DNA of 64,000 nt, from the NCBI GenBank assembly GCA_023701005.1, contig JAMPXW010000002.1:177167-241166 (forward strand), written 5' to 3'. This DNA is from Burkholderiales bacterium. Lineage in GTDB: Bacteria; Patescibacteriota; Minisyncoccia; Phycocordibacterales; UBA9973. Below the pieces are notes generated by a model that was not told the origin of the DNA, searched no databases, and saw only the letters and a program-made list of their open reading frames with translations. Shown here in pieces: positions 1 through 8,880 of this stretch (the first letter of the stretch is position 1; the number at the start of each line of letters is the position of its first letter). Both the position numbers and the translations under genes were made by a program.

Positions 1-1061
1 TTATTTTTTTCTTTCATTTCAGAATTAATAGCCACATATCTAATACCCAAATATGGTCTGACTATTTTACCAGTAGCCTTTACAGATTCTATTGCACTCT
101 TAACACTATTTATAGGTAAAGCAAAACCAATATTCTGAGAACCTTGAGCCACTGCCACATTAACACCGACAACATTCCCAGATAAATCTAACAATGGCCC
201 ACCAGAGTTCCCAGGATTTATTGCTGCATCTGTTTGTATCACATGGTCTAATAATTCTGTTTTACCTGAAGAATCACCAGCCGTAACAGATCTAGCAAGT
301 CCTGAGACAACACCAACAGATACAGTATTTCTAAACTCAGCCAATGCATTGCCTATAGCTATCACACTTTGTCCTACTTGCAATGAGTCAGAGTTACCTA
401 ATGATAAATAAGGAAATCCTGTTCCTTCTACTTTAATTAGAGCAATATCTAAAACAGGATCACGAGCAACAACTTTAGCGATATGTTTTTTACCATTATT
501 AGTAAACACTGTATACTCTACATCTTTTTGATCTACAACATGTTTATTTGTGACAATAAGTCCATCAGCAGATACAAAAAACCCAGAACCACCCCCTATC
601 TCCTTTTTCTCTGTGCCATTCTGACGATATTGTGGAACACTAAAGAAAAACCCTGGGAATAAATCACCAAAAGGATTTTGTTGTTGGTTTGGATCTATAT
701 AAGCCTCATACTTAGGAACATTTTTACTAATCATAATAGACACCACCGCTGGATTTGTCTTTTTTACCGCGTCTATCACGAAACGTTCTTCTGAAAAAAT
801 AGATTGTTTTTCTATTATTTTTTCAGAATTTAAACTTCCATCTTTTGCTAAACTATTATTTGGGTCTTGTATTTCTTGTAAATATTCTTTAGCAAAATAA
901 TCAAAAATATTAGCACGAAAATACCAAATCAGCGCTCCACAAACAATCAAAATAGCAATCAAAGATGCTAAACTTATAAAAAAGATTTTAAGAAAATTTT
1001 TATCTAAAAAGATTTTCTTTTCATCTTTTATTTTATTTACGTCTGTATTTATTTCTTCCAT
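1..1061 (-). CDS. HtrA/DegP-family trypsin-like serine protease (S1C), N-terminal TM anchor; C-terminus runs off window start
   Basis: Reverse-strand translation from ATG at 1061..1059 gives an N-terminal hydrophobic segment then ...IQTDAAINPGNSGGPLLDLSGNVVGVN... (GNSGGPL active-site Ser motif of HtrA family, encoded around 181-240). Not in ORF track because it is truncated by the window edge. Confidence 0.8.
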   Translation of the reverse strand, partial: MEEINTDVNKIKDEKKIFLDKNFLKIFFISLASLIAILIVCGALIWYFRANIFDYFAKEYLQEIQDPNNSLAKDGSLNSEKIIEKQSIFSEERFVIDAVKKTNPAVVSIMISKNVPKYEAYIDPNQQQNPFGDLFPGFFFSVPQYRQNGTEKKEIGGGSGFFVSADGLIVTNKHVVDQKDVEYTVFTNNGKKHIAKVVARDPVLDIALIKVEGTGFPYLSLGNSDSLQVGQSVIAIGNALAEFRNTVSVGVVSGLARSVTAGDSSGKTELLDHVIQTDAAINPGNSGGPLLDLSGNVVGVNVAVAQGSQNIGFALPINSVKSAIESVKATGKIVRPYLGIRYVAINSEMKEKN

Positions 1062-1188
1062 ATTATTTTAAATAAAAATTATTACTAATAATATAAAATT
1101 ATAACGGTCTAATTTAAAAAGTAAAGCTCTATAAAATCCTTTAAAAACCCAACTACCAAGTGAAAAAGAAGTTTATCCACAATTAAAA

Positions 1189-1216
1189 TTGACAGACTCT
1201 AGAGAAAGCATAAAAT
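1189..1216 (+). promoter_or_regulatory. Near-consensus sigma70-type promoter TTGACA-16-TAAAAT, with a DnaA-box-like TTATCCACA (1173..1181) immediately upstream
   Basis: ttgacagactctagagaaagcataaaat read directly; -35 and -10 match consensus with 16-nt spacer; directs + strand transcription into the GC-rich element at 1246..1400. Confidence 0.5.
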
Positions 1217-1245
1217 AAGAGTGTTCATACAAAAAAATAATAAAT

Positions 1246-1400
1246 TTGATTGGGGAAACTGGTGACCTGCCTCGCGTTGACGAGTCAAGGCGGGAATTCC
1301 AGTACAGTGCCGCTACGGTAAGTCCCGACCTAGGTCGAGGAACGAGTCCGATTACCAATCATTTTGTTTTTCCCGAGCAGGAGTTACTCTTCTTTTTGAA
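1246..1400 (+). ncRNA. GC-rich structured RNA (candidate sRNA / riboswitch-like leader; weak resemblance to SRP-RNA domain IV), class unassigned
   Basis: Sharp GC-rich island (ggggaaactggtgacctgcctcgcg...cgacctaggtcgaggaacgagtccgattacc) in AT-rich intergenic DNA. The 5' and 3' segments are largely complementary (GGUGACCUGCCUCG / CGAGUCCGAUUACC) and internal palindromes are present (ggaattcc, cgacctaggtcg). It is preceded by a consensus promoter and followed by a hairpin + U-tract terminator. Overlapping track ORFs 1173..1358(-) and the N-terminal 66 codons of 1246..1914(+) are judged non-coding. Confidence 0.45.
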
Positions 1401-1407
1401 GACTCAA

Positions 1408-1432
1408 GATTCTGCTCAGCAGAATTTTTTTT
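1408..1432 (+). terminator. Intrinsic terminator-like hairpin TTCTGC-tca-GCAGAA followed by T8; upstream GAGCAG (1375..1380) could form an alternative anti-terminator pairing
   Basis: Perfect 6-bp inverted repeat followed by tttttttt read directly; sits between GC-rich RNA and ATG at 1446. Confidence 0.5.
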
Positions 1433-1445
1433 ATGTTCATAACAT

Positions 1446-1914
1446 TATGAAAAAAACAAAAATAATTAAATTTACAATAATCATAGCCTTCTCTACTATA
1501 TTATTTAGTTTACTTTTTTCTGTTCTGTTCTCATCTTTCAAAAACGAAAATAGAATAAAATCTGAAATACAAAACACAAAACCTCAAAGCAAAAATTACA
1601 AGATAGAAAACGATGAATTAAAAAAACTAATAAAGATAACAGTAGAGATTAATGACAAGAAATACGAAAGCACTCTTCCAGAAAATTCAAACATATATGA
1701 ACACATGGAACAATTACAAAAAGAAGGCAAGGTGACATTTAAATATAAAAATTATCCTGGTATGGGTAAATTCATAGAAGAAATAAATAATATAAAAAAT
1801 GGAGAAAAAAGTTGGATATATTATGTAAATAATAAAAAAGCAACAATCGGAATATCAAATTATAAAATAGAAAATGGAGATGTCGTATCCTGGAAATTAG
1901 AATCTAATATTTAA
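1446..1914 (+). CDS. Small membrane-anchored/secreted hypothetical protein (156 aa); true start of track ORF 1246..1914
   Basis: ATG at 1446 begins MKKTKIIKFTIIIAFSTILFSLLFSVLF (signal-anchor); upstream part of the track ORF overlaps GC-rich RNA and terminator. 4 nt upstream of next gene (operon). Confidence 0.6.
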
Positions 1915-1917
1915 TAA

Positions 1918-3735
1918 ATGAAAATAAAAAAAATATATAAAATAATATTAATCATATCAATAATATTTATAAATTCATCAAGCATAGCAAATGCAGCTGA
2001 TATAAATTTAACAATTAGAAGTGGAAATACTATCTTCTTCTCTGGCCCAGTAACACTAAGAGAACCCGGCAATATAGAATTAAATTCTCATCCATTAAAT
2101 TCAAATAGTGTACTTTCCGTAATTAATGATGCCGACATCTCAAGTGAAGATTTCACTATATCAGATATACAATATTATGATTCGTATGGATCATTTTATT
2201 TGAAATGCATGACTAGTTCTGTCGGCAATGATTGTGACAATTGGCAATATACCGTCGATGACATTTATCCTGGGATAGGAATGGACAAAAAAATACTATC
2301 CGGAGGAGAAAATCTATATGTTTATTTTGGTCCCCAAAACAAGATATTACTAAGTTCTAATTCGATAAATACTAACGAAACAGTAACAGTAACAACTAAA
2401 GAATATAACTATCAAGATAATAGCTGGAAAAAAAGAACTGGAATCACTGTCGGATTAACACAAACAAACCCTGATGATCCGTGGTCTCCTTTGGAAATTA
2501 AAACTAGCCCAGTAAATGAAAATGGAGAAATTACTTTTTCTAACATAGAAACTGGCTCTTACAATGTAGGGGTAAAAGAAGATTTTTATTTTCCAACAGA
2601 AATATTAACAGTGACGACTCCACCAAACATAGGAGGTAGCACTGGAGGATCATCTTTTACCACTCCAGAAATAAATAAAAAAGAATTTAACATAGAAAAA
2701 GCTATTGAATTTTTACTTTCTAAACAAAAAGAAGATGGTTCTTTTGGAGAAGATTTATATACAGATTGGGTAGCTATCTCTTTAACACCATTTAAAGATA
2801 AAGAAAATGTATCTAAAACAATAGAAAAATTAAAACTTTATTTTAAAGAAAACAAAAATAATCAAGATCTCTTAACTGACAAAGAGAGAAAATCAATCGC
2901 CTTGTTGTCTTTAGGTTTAGACCCACACAACACAAATAATAAAAATTATATAAAAGAAATATTGGAAACTTTTGATGGTAAACAATTCGGAGAAAATGAC
3001 AAAGATAATGATGATATTTTCGCTTTACTAATATTACAAAAGACAGGATACAACGAGACAGAAGATGTAATAATTAAAACTATCGATTTCATATTATCAA
3101 GACAAAAAGAAAACGGTTCTTGGGATGAGTCTATCGATATGACAAGCGCAGCCATACAATCTTTAAGTAAATTTAATAAAAATGAAATAATAAAAAATTC
3201 TCTTACTAAAGCAAAAGAATATTTAAAAATAAAACAAAAAGAAGATGGGAGTTTTGGAAATGTTTCTTCAACTGCTTGGGCTATGGGAGGCATACTAGCC
3301 TTATCTGAAAAACCTATAGATTGGACTAAAAATAATAATACACCAATAGATTATTTGACTTCTATGCAAGATGAAAATGGAAACATAAAAGACCCGTCTA
3401 GCTTCGATAAGACTGATGAACATTTACAAAATAAAATTTGGCAAACAGCCTACACTCTTTCAGCTTTATCTCAAAAAACATGGCTAGAGACAATGGAAGA
3501 ATTTAAAAAACCAACATCTGATACAACTGAAGAAAATTTACCAACAAATTTAAAATCAAATATTAAAAAAACAGAAAACAAAAAATCATACAGTAAAAAA
3601 AATACTATCAAAAAAGAATTAATAGATATAAATACAAAGAATCAATCACCTTCAACCACTATTTTGCCTGCTTCTACTTCTACCTTGTCTACTTTTCTAA
3701 GATTTTTCAAAACCGTCTTCGATAAAATATTATAA
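1918..3735 (+). CDS. Secreted protein (signal peptide) with C-terminal prenyltransferase/squalene-cyclase-like alpha-alpha toroid repeats
   Basis: N-terminal MKIKKIYKIILIISIIFINSSSIANA signal. Repeated LSKQKEDGSFG / LSRQKENGSW / IKQKEDGSFG / MQDENGN modules resemble the terpenoid cyclase / protein prenyltransferase repeat (QxxxDGSW/F); the domain family is established, the functional role is inference. Confidence 0.6.
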   Translation: MKIKKIYKIILIISIIFINSSSIANAADINLTIRSGNTIFFSGPVTLREPGNIELNSHPLNSNSVLSVINDADISSEDFTISDIQYYDSYGSFYLKCMTSSVGNDCDNWQYTVDDIYPGIGMDKKILSGGENLYVYFGPQNKILLSSNSINTNETVTVTTKEYNYQDNSWKKRTGITVGLTQTNPDDPWSPLEIKTSPVNENGEITFSNIETGSYNVGVKEDFYFPTEILTVTTPPNIGGSTGGSSFTTPEINKKEFNIEKAIEFLLSKQKEDGSFGEDLYTDWVAISLTPFKDKENVSKTIEKLKLYFKENKNNQDLLTDKERKSIALLSLGLDPHNTNNKNYIKEILETFDGKQFGENDKDNDDIFALLILQKTGYNETEDVIIKTIDFILSRQKENGSWDESIDMTSAAIQSLSKFNKNEIIKNSLTKAKEYLKIKQKEDGSFGNVSSTAWAMGGILALSEKPIDWTKNNNTPIDYLTSMQDENGNIKDPSSFDKTDEHLQNKIWQTAYTLSALSQKTWLETMEEFKKPTSDTTEENLPTNLKSNIKKTENKKSYSKKNTIKKELIDINTKNQSPSTTILPASTSTLSTFLRFFKTVFDKIL

Positions 3736-4271
3736 TGTTTTATTTTATCTAATTCATCATCTATCCCCCATAGATCATATTCTGCTACTTCCCAACCTTT
3801 TTCAAAAATATTTAAATTAAGCGGGATAGAATAACTTCTCAAAGTTTTATTTCCATTATCTAAAAAATATTCATGAAAATAAGACATTACTAATTCCCTT
3901 ATATTTTTATATACAGGCTCTCTATATCTTAAAACAGCATGATTCGTCTTAGATAATGCTCCCCACAAACCATCTTTTTTAAAAGGTGTTATCATATGAT
4001 CAAAGTCTCCTTTTGTTGTCTTTAAATGCAAAATAAGGGGTTTGTAACCATGCAAAGAAAGAACATAAGCACCCAATATAGCTCCTTCTATACAATGAGC
4101 ATTCTTTTCTCTCAAAACTCTAATGGGTGACTTTATCACATTTTTCCCATCTTTTTCAAAATTAAATTTTAAACTATTCAAAAAATCTTGCACCTTGGCT
4201 GGTGTATTTAACCTTTTCATTAATGCTATTTCTTTTTGTGTAAAATTTAACATCTGTGGATAACTGGGCAA
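3642..4271 (-). CDS. Hypothetical protein, possible papain-like (transglutaminase/NAT-like) Cys-His enzyme
   Basis: 209-aa ORF; REKNAHCIEGAILGAYVL Cys-containing segment followed by His/Asp-containing segments; weak fold-level guess only. 3' end overlaps convergent gene 1918..3735 by 94 nt. Confidence 0.5.
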   Translation of the reverse strand: MPSYPQMLNFTQKEIALMKRLNTPAKVQDFLNSLKFNFEKDGKNVIKSPIRVLREKNAHCIEGAILGAYVLSLHGYKPLILHLKTTKGDFDHMITPFKKDGLWGALSKTNHAVLRYREPVYKNIRELVMSYFHEYFLDNGNKTLRSYSIPLNLNIFEKGWEVAEYDLWGIDDELDKIKHYNILSKTVLKNLRKVDKVEVEAGKIVVEGD

Positions 4272-4280
4272 GGACCACCC

Positions 4281-4991
4281 TTACCTTTTTAAATATTCTT
4301 TACGGATATGTTCTGGAAATTTCTCTATGGAATAACGAAGCATTGTCCTCGGCATTTTAGAAATATTTTTATCTAAAAATTTACACAATTGTATAGCATC
4401 CCTTTTGCCTGCTTCGCGCAACATCCAGCCACTCGCTTTGTGCATTAAATCATGTTTATGATCTAAAAACATTTTTGCCAATGTCATTGTCCATTTTATA
4501 TTTCCTTTTCTAATAAATGCAAAAGTGGAAACCATCGATATCCGTTGTTCCCATAAATTTTTTGACTTAGCTAATTTTAATAATATTTCTTCTATTCTTT
4601 TCTTTGAAGAAAGATTCAAAAGATAATCGCCCAAAATATGATGAGCAGACAGATCTACCAAATCCCAATTGTTTATATATTTAGTATTTTTTAAATAAAA
4701 ATCTACAATTTCTTTCTTTTCTTTTTCTATCCCCTTTTTGTATTTCTGTACCAAGATGAGTAATGCTATCAAACGGACTTCATGAACTTTATTTTTCAAC
4801 AACAAAGACACTTCTTTTTTTGGTAAATCTTTATACTTTATAGCAATCTTTCTAGACAAAGGTACAGTAAGCCCCCAAAATATATCTCCTTCTCCGTATT
4901 GACCCTTGCCCGTTTTAAAAAACCTAGAAAGTATTTCTGATCTAAATTTATCTCTTTTTGTTTTAATTTCCTTTAAAATAGTTCCATTCAT
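4281..4991 (-). CDS. DNA alkylation repair enzyme (AlkD-like HEAT-repeat DNA glycosylase family)
   Basis: Motifs NNWDLVD and ASGWMLRE...GKRD typical of the DNA alkylation repair protein family (AlkC/AlkD-like); length 236 aa fits. Confidence 0.7.
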   Translation of the reverse strand: MNGTILKEIKTKRDKFRSEILSRFFKTGKGQYGEGDIFWGLTVPLSRKIAIKYKDLPKKEVSLLLKNKVHEVRLIALLILVQKYKKGIEKEKKEIVDFYLKNTKYINNWDLVDLSAHHILGDYLLNLSSKKRIEEILLKLAKSKNLWEQRISMVSTFAFIRKGNIKWTMTLAKMFLDHKHDLMHKASGWMLREAGKRDAIQLCKFLDKNISKMPRTMLRYSIEKFPEHIRKEYLKR

Positions 4992-4996
4992 TTGAC

Positions 4997-6370
4997 TTAT
5001 GATTTACATTTTATACAAGCATTTCTAGCTGGACCTTCGGGAACCATTTGACAATATTGCACACTTGGAACACTTATAAAATTATCACAACTAGGACCAC
5101 TTTCCACAGGAGCTCCAACAGCACCGACACCTTCTGGTAATCTATTTTCTTCTCTGCTTATATCTGGAGTGATACCTTTTGTTTGCTCTTGTATCTGCTC
5201 TCGTATTTTTTCTTTGTATTCATTTGGTATACCTTCTGGTATCATCTTTTGTATATCTTCTCTATTAGGAACTCCATTTTTCATAATTTCGCCATCTCTG
5301 TCTGGTATTTTACCAAAACAAGCTTCTATTTTGGATCCTATTTCTTTTGTTGGTTTAGTTGTTTTATTTAATATATTATTATATTTTTCTTCGCCAATTG
5401 ATGATTTCAAACAACCTTCTACCGTACTACGCATCCCCTCTGGCATCGAGCTAAGGGCCTTCATCATTTCATCTATTCCTGAAGTCATCAACTCTTTGTC
5501 TTTTTCTGAAACTAAACCTTTTTCTATAGCAAAGCTTGAACATAAATCAATATTATCTTCTTTGTTACAAAAATCTTCACATTCTTTTTTTGATTTACAC
5601 CCACCAGGACCAACCCCTCCAGATTTCTTTGCTATTTCAGCATCTTCTTTCGATATAAGTCCAGAAATTTCTGCGAAAGAAACACATTCTGAAAAATTGA
5701 CTTCTTTAGAACAAAAATCTTCACATTCTTTTTTATTCTGACATTTGCCTGGTGTTTTACCTTCTTTCAAAAAAGAAGAAACCTTTTTTGCTTCTTGTAA
5801 ATCTTCTTTTGAAAGAATCTCTGATTTTTCAGCAAAATTTAAACATTCGTCTATATGACTTGTAATAGAACAATAATTTTCACATTCCATTTTTGTCTTA
5901 CAACTACCTGGCATTTCTGCTCCATCTTCTAAAGCCTTCAATATCTTTTTAGCTTCTAAAAGATCTTTTTCTGGTATAATTTTTAATTCATCAGCAAAAA
6001 CTACACATTCTTTTATATTTTCAACTTTAAGAGAACAAAAATTTTTACATTCTTCTTCGCTCTTACAACCGCCAGGAGTCGTTCCTTCAGCTACTCTCTT
6101 TGCTACAGCTTTAGAAACTCTCAAATCTTCTCCTGTAAGGAGTTTTTTTTCTTCTGCATAATTTACACAAGCCACCATATTTACAGTCTTACTACAAAAA
6201 TTTGCACAATCTATTTTGTCTTTACATGAACCAAGTTCCTTTATTGGATAAATGATATTTGTATCACTTACCTTAGGCTTGTACTCTTCTACATTTTGAG
6301 CATTTACAACATTTATAAAAACAAAAGTTAAAACAAAAAATATTCCTAAAAATTTAATAAAATTTTTCAT
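4997..6370 (-). CDS. Secreted cysteine-rich tandem-repeat protein (5 x ~45-aa 4-Cys modules), unknown function
   Basis: Signal peptide MKNFIKFLGIFFVLTFVFINVVNA. Five tandem repeats of pattern G(S/G)CK...EC(E/K)NFCS......EC(V/L)xFAE..xLxxEDL.EAKK. Pro/Gly/Glu-rich C-terminal half ending with another Cys cluster (CDNF...CQMVPEGPARNACIKCKS). Confidence 0.7.
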   Translation of the reverse strand: MKNFIKFLGIFFVLTFVFINVVNAQNVEEYKPKVSDTNIIYPIKELGSCKDKIDCANFCSKTVNMVACVNYAEEKKLLTGEDLRVSKAVAKRVAEGTTPGGCKSEEECKNFCSLKVENIKECVVFADELKIIPEKDLLEAKKILKALEDGAEMPGSCKTKMECENYCSITSHIDECLNFAEKSEILSKEDLQEAKKVSSFLKEGKTPGKCQNKKECEDFCSKEVNFSECVSFAEISGLISKEDAEIAKKSGGVGPGGCKSKKECEDFCNKEDNIDLCSSFAIEKGLVSEKDKELMTSGIDEMMKALSSMPEGMRSTVEGCLKSSIGEEKYNNILNKTTKPTKEIGSKIEACFGKIPDRDGEIMKNGVPNREDIQKMIPEGIPNEYKEKIREQIQEQTKGITPDISREENRLPEGVGAVGAPVESGPSCDNFISVPSVQYCQMVPEGPARNACIKCKS

Positions 6371-6374
6371 AAAA

Positions 6375-6605
6375 TTATTCTACAAAAGGATTCTTATAGC
6401 CATTGTAAGGATTTACATCTGCCTTAAATGGATTAGTTTTTTCGACCTCACTTCCTATATTAAATTTTATATCTTCAATTTTTATATTTTGGTTTTCTTT
6501 TGTCTTACCAAAATCTTTCACAAAATCAAAATTAAAAAATATAATTAATAAAATTATTATTAAAATAATTAATACTATCCAAACAATATTTCTTTTATTA
6601 TTCAT
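6375..6605 (-). CDS. Small membrane protein (76 aa), hypothetical
   Basis: Single hydrophobic helix IVWIVLIILIIILLIIFF; 4 nt after upstream gene stop. Confidence 0.45.
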   Translation of the reverse strand: MNNKRNIVWIVLIILIIILLIIFFNFDFVKDFGKTKENQNIKIEDIKFNIGSEVEKTNPFKADVNPYNGYKNPFVE

Positions 6606-6623
6606 AACAACTATATTATATCA

Positions 6624-6848
6624 CTAGTCTTTATCAACCACTAAAAGCTTGGTCGGGCTTTTGTGTCCATTTATTATACGTATTTTGTTTTTTGGAATAA
6701 CATAGTGAAAAGAAAGCAATTCTACTATTTTATCATTTGCCATGTTTCTCTCGGCTTTTTCTTTAACAGATATCTCAAAATGATCTTCATTCATTTTTTT
6801 GAAGATTTCTTTTTTAGAATTAGGAAAAGCTTTTACTCTTATATACAT
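6624..6848 (-). CDS. DUF167 (YggU-like) family protein
   Basis: 74 aa; pattern AxPNSKKExxxx...ISVKEKAERNMANDKIVELLSFHYVIPKNKIRIINGHKSPTKL matches UPF0235/DUF167 architecture. Confidence 0.55.
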   Translation of the reverse strand: MYIRVKAFPNSKKEIFKKMNEDHFEISVKEKAERNMANDKIVELLSFHYVIPKNKIRIINGHKSPTKLLVVDKD

Positions 6849-7228
6849 AAAAGTATTTTAGGTACAAATATGATAGACCCCACAACAACAGCAATAATAG
6901 CAGACAACAAAACTGCAGCCGCAGCCACATCTTTCGTATCACGAGCAAAAGGATGATATTCTGGAGATGTTAAATCTATATCTATTTCTATCGCTGTATT
7001 GAAAGCTTCTGAAACAATCACAAAACCAATAGAAAAAATTAAAGCAATCCATTCAAAACTAGAAACTTTAAAATAAAAACCTAAAAATAAAACAACAACA
7101 GTTGCTAACAAATGAAAATACAAATTTCTAGTAGTTTTGCCAAAAACATACAAACCTCGAAAAGCATTTAAAAATTTCTCACTCTTTTTAACTTCCCTCC
7201 AAGCTTTTATTTCTTTTTTGGAATCCAT
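6839..7228 (-). CDS. dgkA: Diacylglycerol kinase family protein (DgkA/undecaprenol kinase-like)
   Basis: 129 aa, three TM helices, conserved EAFNTAIE motif of prokaryotic DAGK family. Confidence 0.8.
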   Translation of the reverse strand: MDSKKEIKAWREVKKSEKFLNAFRGLYVFGKTTRNLYFHLLATVVVLFLGFYFKVSSFEWIALIFSIGFVIVSEAFNTAIEIDIDLTSPEYHPFARDTKDVAAAAVLLSAIIAVVVGSIIFVPKILLCI

Positions 7229-7239
7229 ATAAATTACAA

Positions 7240-7869
7240 TTACTTTTTACTTCTAAAGAAGTCTATAAAGAAAAAAGTATGATGTGTGCTTTTTTCTAAT
7301 AGATTGAACAATATAGCTAATGTAAACAAGACTATCGCTGTGTTTGTACTAAAAAAAGAAACTATTATCGCAATCAATGCAGAACCTACGGGGAATAATA
7401 TTCTCATATTCGCATGTTCATTTTCTATCTTAGTGAAAGTTGCATTCTCTATAGTTTTAGAATTTATAGCATATTGACGCATTCTATATAAAGAAAGCCC
7501 AATTAAAATAATATTCAACGCAAAGAATATTATAGCCGTTTGAGAATAACTATATTTACCTAGAAAATGAGAAGAAAATGGAACCAATCCAACAAAAAAG
7601 AAAAATATCGCATTTAAGTTTGAAAACTTTGTATCAATATTTTTTGCTAAAATAGACTCAATAAAATGATGAGATCTCCAATAAGTAAAGAGCAAAGAAA
7701 AACTTAAGAGATAGCTCAAAAATACTGGATATAAATAAAATAATGAATTTAAAAGAGTCCCATCATCTACCACACCCGCATACTCAGGGATACGTATTTC
7801 AAAAACCAATATCGTCATCACTATCGCAAAAATGCTGTCTGCTAATTGATCTAATCTAGCTTGTTTCAT
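7240..7869 (-). CDS. DUF1211/TMEM175-like membrane protein (putative K+ channel family)
   Basis: N-terminal RLDQLADSIFAIVMTILVFEIRIP matches the DUF1211 signature (R.E.FSDGVFAI..TLLVLE); multi-pass membrane. Confidence 0.6.
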   Translation of the reverse strand: MKQARLDQLADSIFAIVMTILVFEIRIPEYAGVVDDGTLLNSLFYLYPVFLSYLLSFSLLFTYWRSHHFIESILAKNIDTKFSNLNAIFFFFVGLVPFSSHFLGKYSYSQTAIIFFALNIILIGLSLYRMRQYAINSKTIENATFTKIENEHANMRILFPVGSALIAIIVSFFSTNTAIVLFTLAILFNLLEKSTHHTFFFIDFFRSKK

Positions 7870-7884
7870 ATATAATATTTTACC

Positions 7885-8256
7885 TTAATTAGTTGGTAAT
7901 ACACAACCACTTATCTCTGATAATTTTTCCAAACCTTGTTCACCTACATATTTTTTACCTTCCCCGTCTATCCACGTAGGATAGCCTTCTATCCCTTTAG
8001 CAATACATAAATCTGGATTCTCAGTGCATTCTACATAAGGAACATATTTAAATGCACCTTCAAATTTGTCTTTCTCTGCTTTACAATGAGAACACCAAAC
8101 AGCACCATACATCGTCATATCTTTACTAGCCAAACATTGTGCAAAAGCATCATATTTTGTAGAGACAGTGCTACTACCTTTGTTCAACAAAATAGTGGCT
8201 ACTGTGCCCAATATCAAAAGACCCATTATTAAAAAGAAAATATTTTTTTGACTCAT
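7885..8256 (-). CDS. Membrane-anchored thioredoxin-like protein (WCSHC active site)
   Basis: N-terminal TM anchor then AVWCSHCKAEK CxxC motif; thioredoxin-fold length. Confidence 0.6.
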   Translation of the reverse strand: MSQKNIFFLIMGLLILGTVATILLNKGSSTVSTKYDAFAQCLASKDMTMYGAVWCSHCKAEKDKFEGAFKYVPYVECTENPDLCIAKGIEGYPTWIDGEGKKYVGEQGLEKLSEISGCVLPTN

Positions 8257-8262
8257 ATTTTT

Positions 8263-8769
8263 TTATTCTTTACAGCAATCTACAAGTTTACCCATGATAT
8301 CATCAAAAGTCATAGGTTTTTCAGCTTCTAGGCTGTTTTTTATATCTGGTATATTAATAATTTTCAATCTAAGTCCAAAGAAAAGATTGTAAACTTTATA
8401 TGCAAAAGTAAACATTTGTTTTGCATCTTCTGTTTTACCATCACCTTGCAACTTAGTTCCGACTTCCATAAGCCTCATCGTTGTTGCCAATAAATGTTTA
8501 GAAATACACCAACTCTCTGCCTCTGTCTTATCTATCATTCGAGCAAGTAAAACTTTTCTCATCTCTCGCACTTCACTCAACATATTATAATATTCGTCTT
8601 TGCCTGTTTTAGCACCAGAAAAAAAGAAGTGCTCTTCTAAGCTAATGAGATTCATGACAGCGATACTCAAATCTTCTTCTGTAGATAAATCTACCCCTCT
8701 ATCTTCTTTTAAGGTTGCTATCTTCTTTTGTAATTCTTCGAAACTTAATAATTTTAAATCTTGTGACAT
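8263..8769 (-). CDS. Hypothetical protein (168 aa) between thioredoxin-like and CcdA genes
   Basis: ORF only; no recognisable motif. Confidence 0.45.
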   Translation of the reverse strand: MSQDLKLLSFEELQKKIATLKEDRGVDLSTEEDLSIAVMNLISLEEHFFFSGAKTGKDEYYNMLSEVREMRKVLLARMIDKTEAESWCISKHLLATTMRLMEVGTKLQGDGKTEDAKQMFTFAYKVYNLFFGLRLKIINIPDIKNSLEAEKPMTFDDIMGKLVDCCKE

Positions 8770-8880
8770 ATATTTAGCTAGAGATTTCTGATAAAGAATT
8801 TTAAGAGTCGTGGGTTCCCTGTCCTTTTGGCTCCGAGGGCGAAGGCTCAGAAATTTTTTATCAGAAATCTTTATTTTTAT

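Noticed and set aside
1173-1445. Track ORFs 1173..1358(-) and the first 66 codons of 1246..1914(+)
   Set aside because: Both overlap a GC-rich palindromic segment flanked by a consensus promoter and a terminator. The translated products are low-complexity Arg/Gly-rich with no membrane/signal logic. The plus ORF has a much better start at 1446 (MKKTK... signal-anchor).
5169-5741. Plus-strand ORFs 5169..5741 and 5183..5371 inside the Cys-rich repeat gene
   Set aside because: They are antisense to a gene with clear signal peptide and 5-fold internal repeat structure, and they have low-complexity Ser/Phe/Leu-rich translations typical of AT-rich antisense frames.
8770-8880. GC-rich patch (gagtcgtgggttccctgtccttttggctccgagggcgaaggctcag) between two minus-strand genes as an ncRNA
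   Set aside because: It is short (~45 nt), with no convincing hairpin, promoter or terminator by eye. It is more likely an unstructured UTR/RBS region; flagged only as a possibility for a covariance-model scan.
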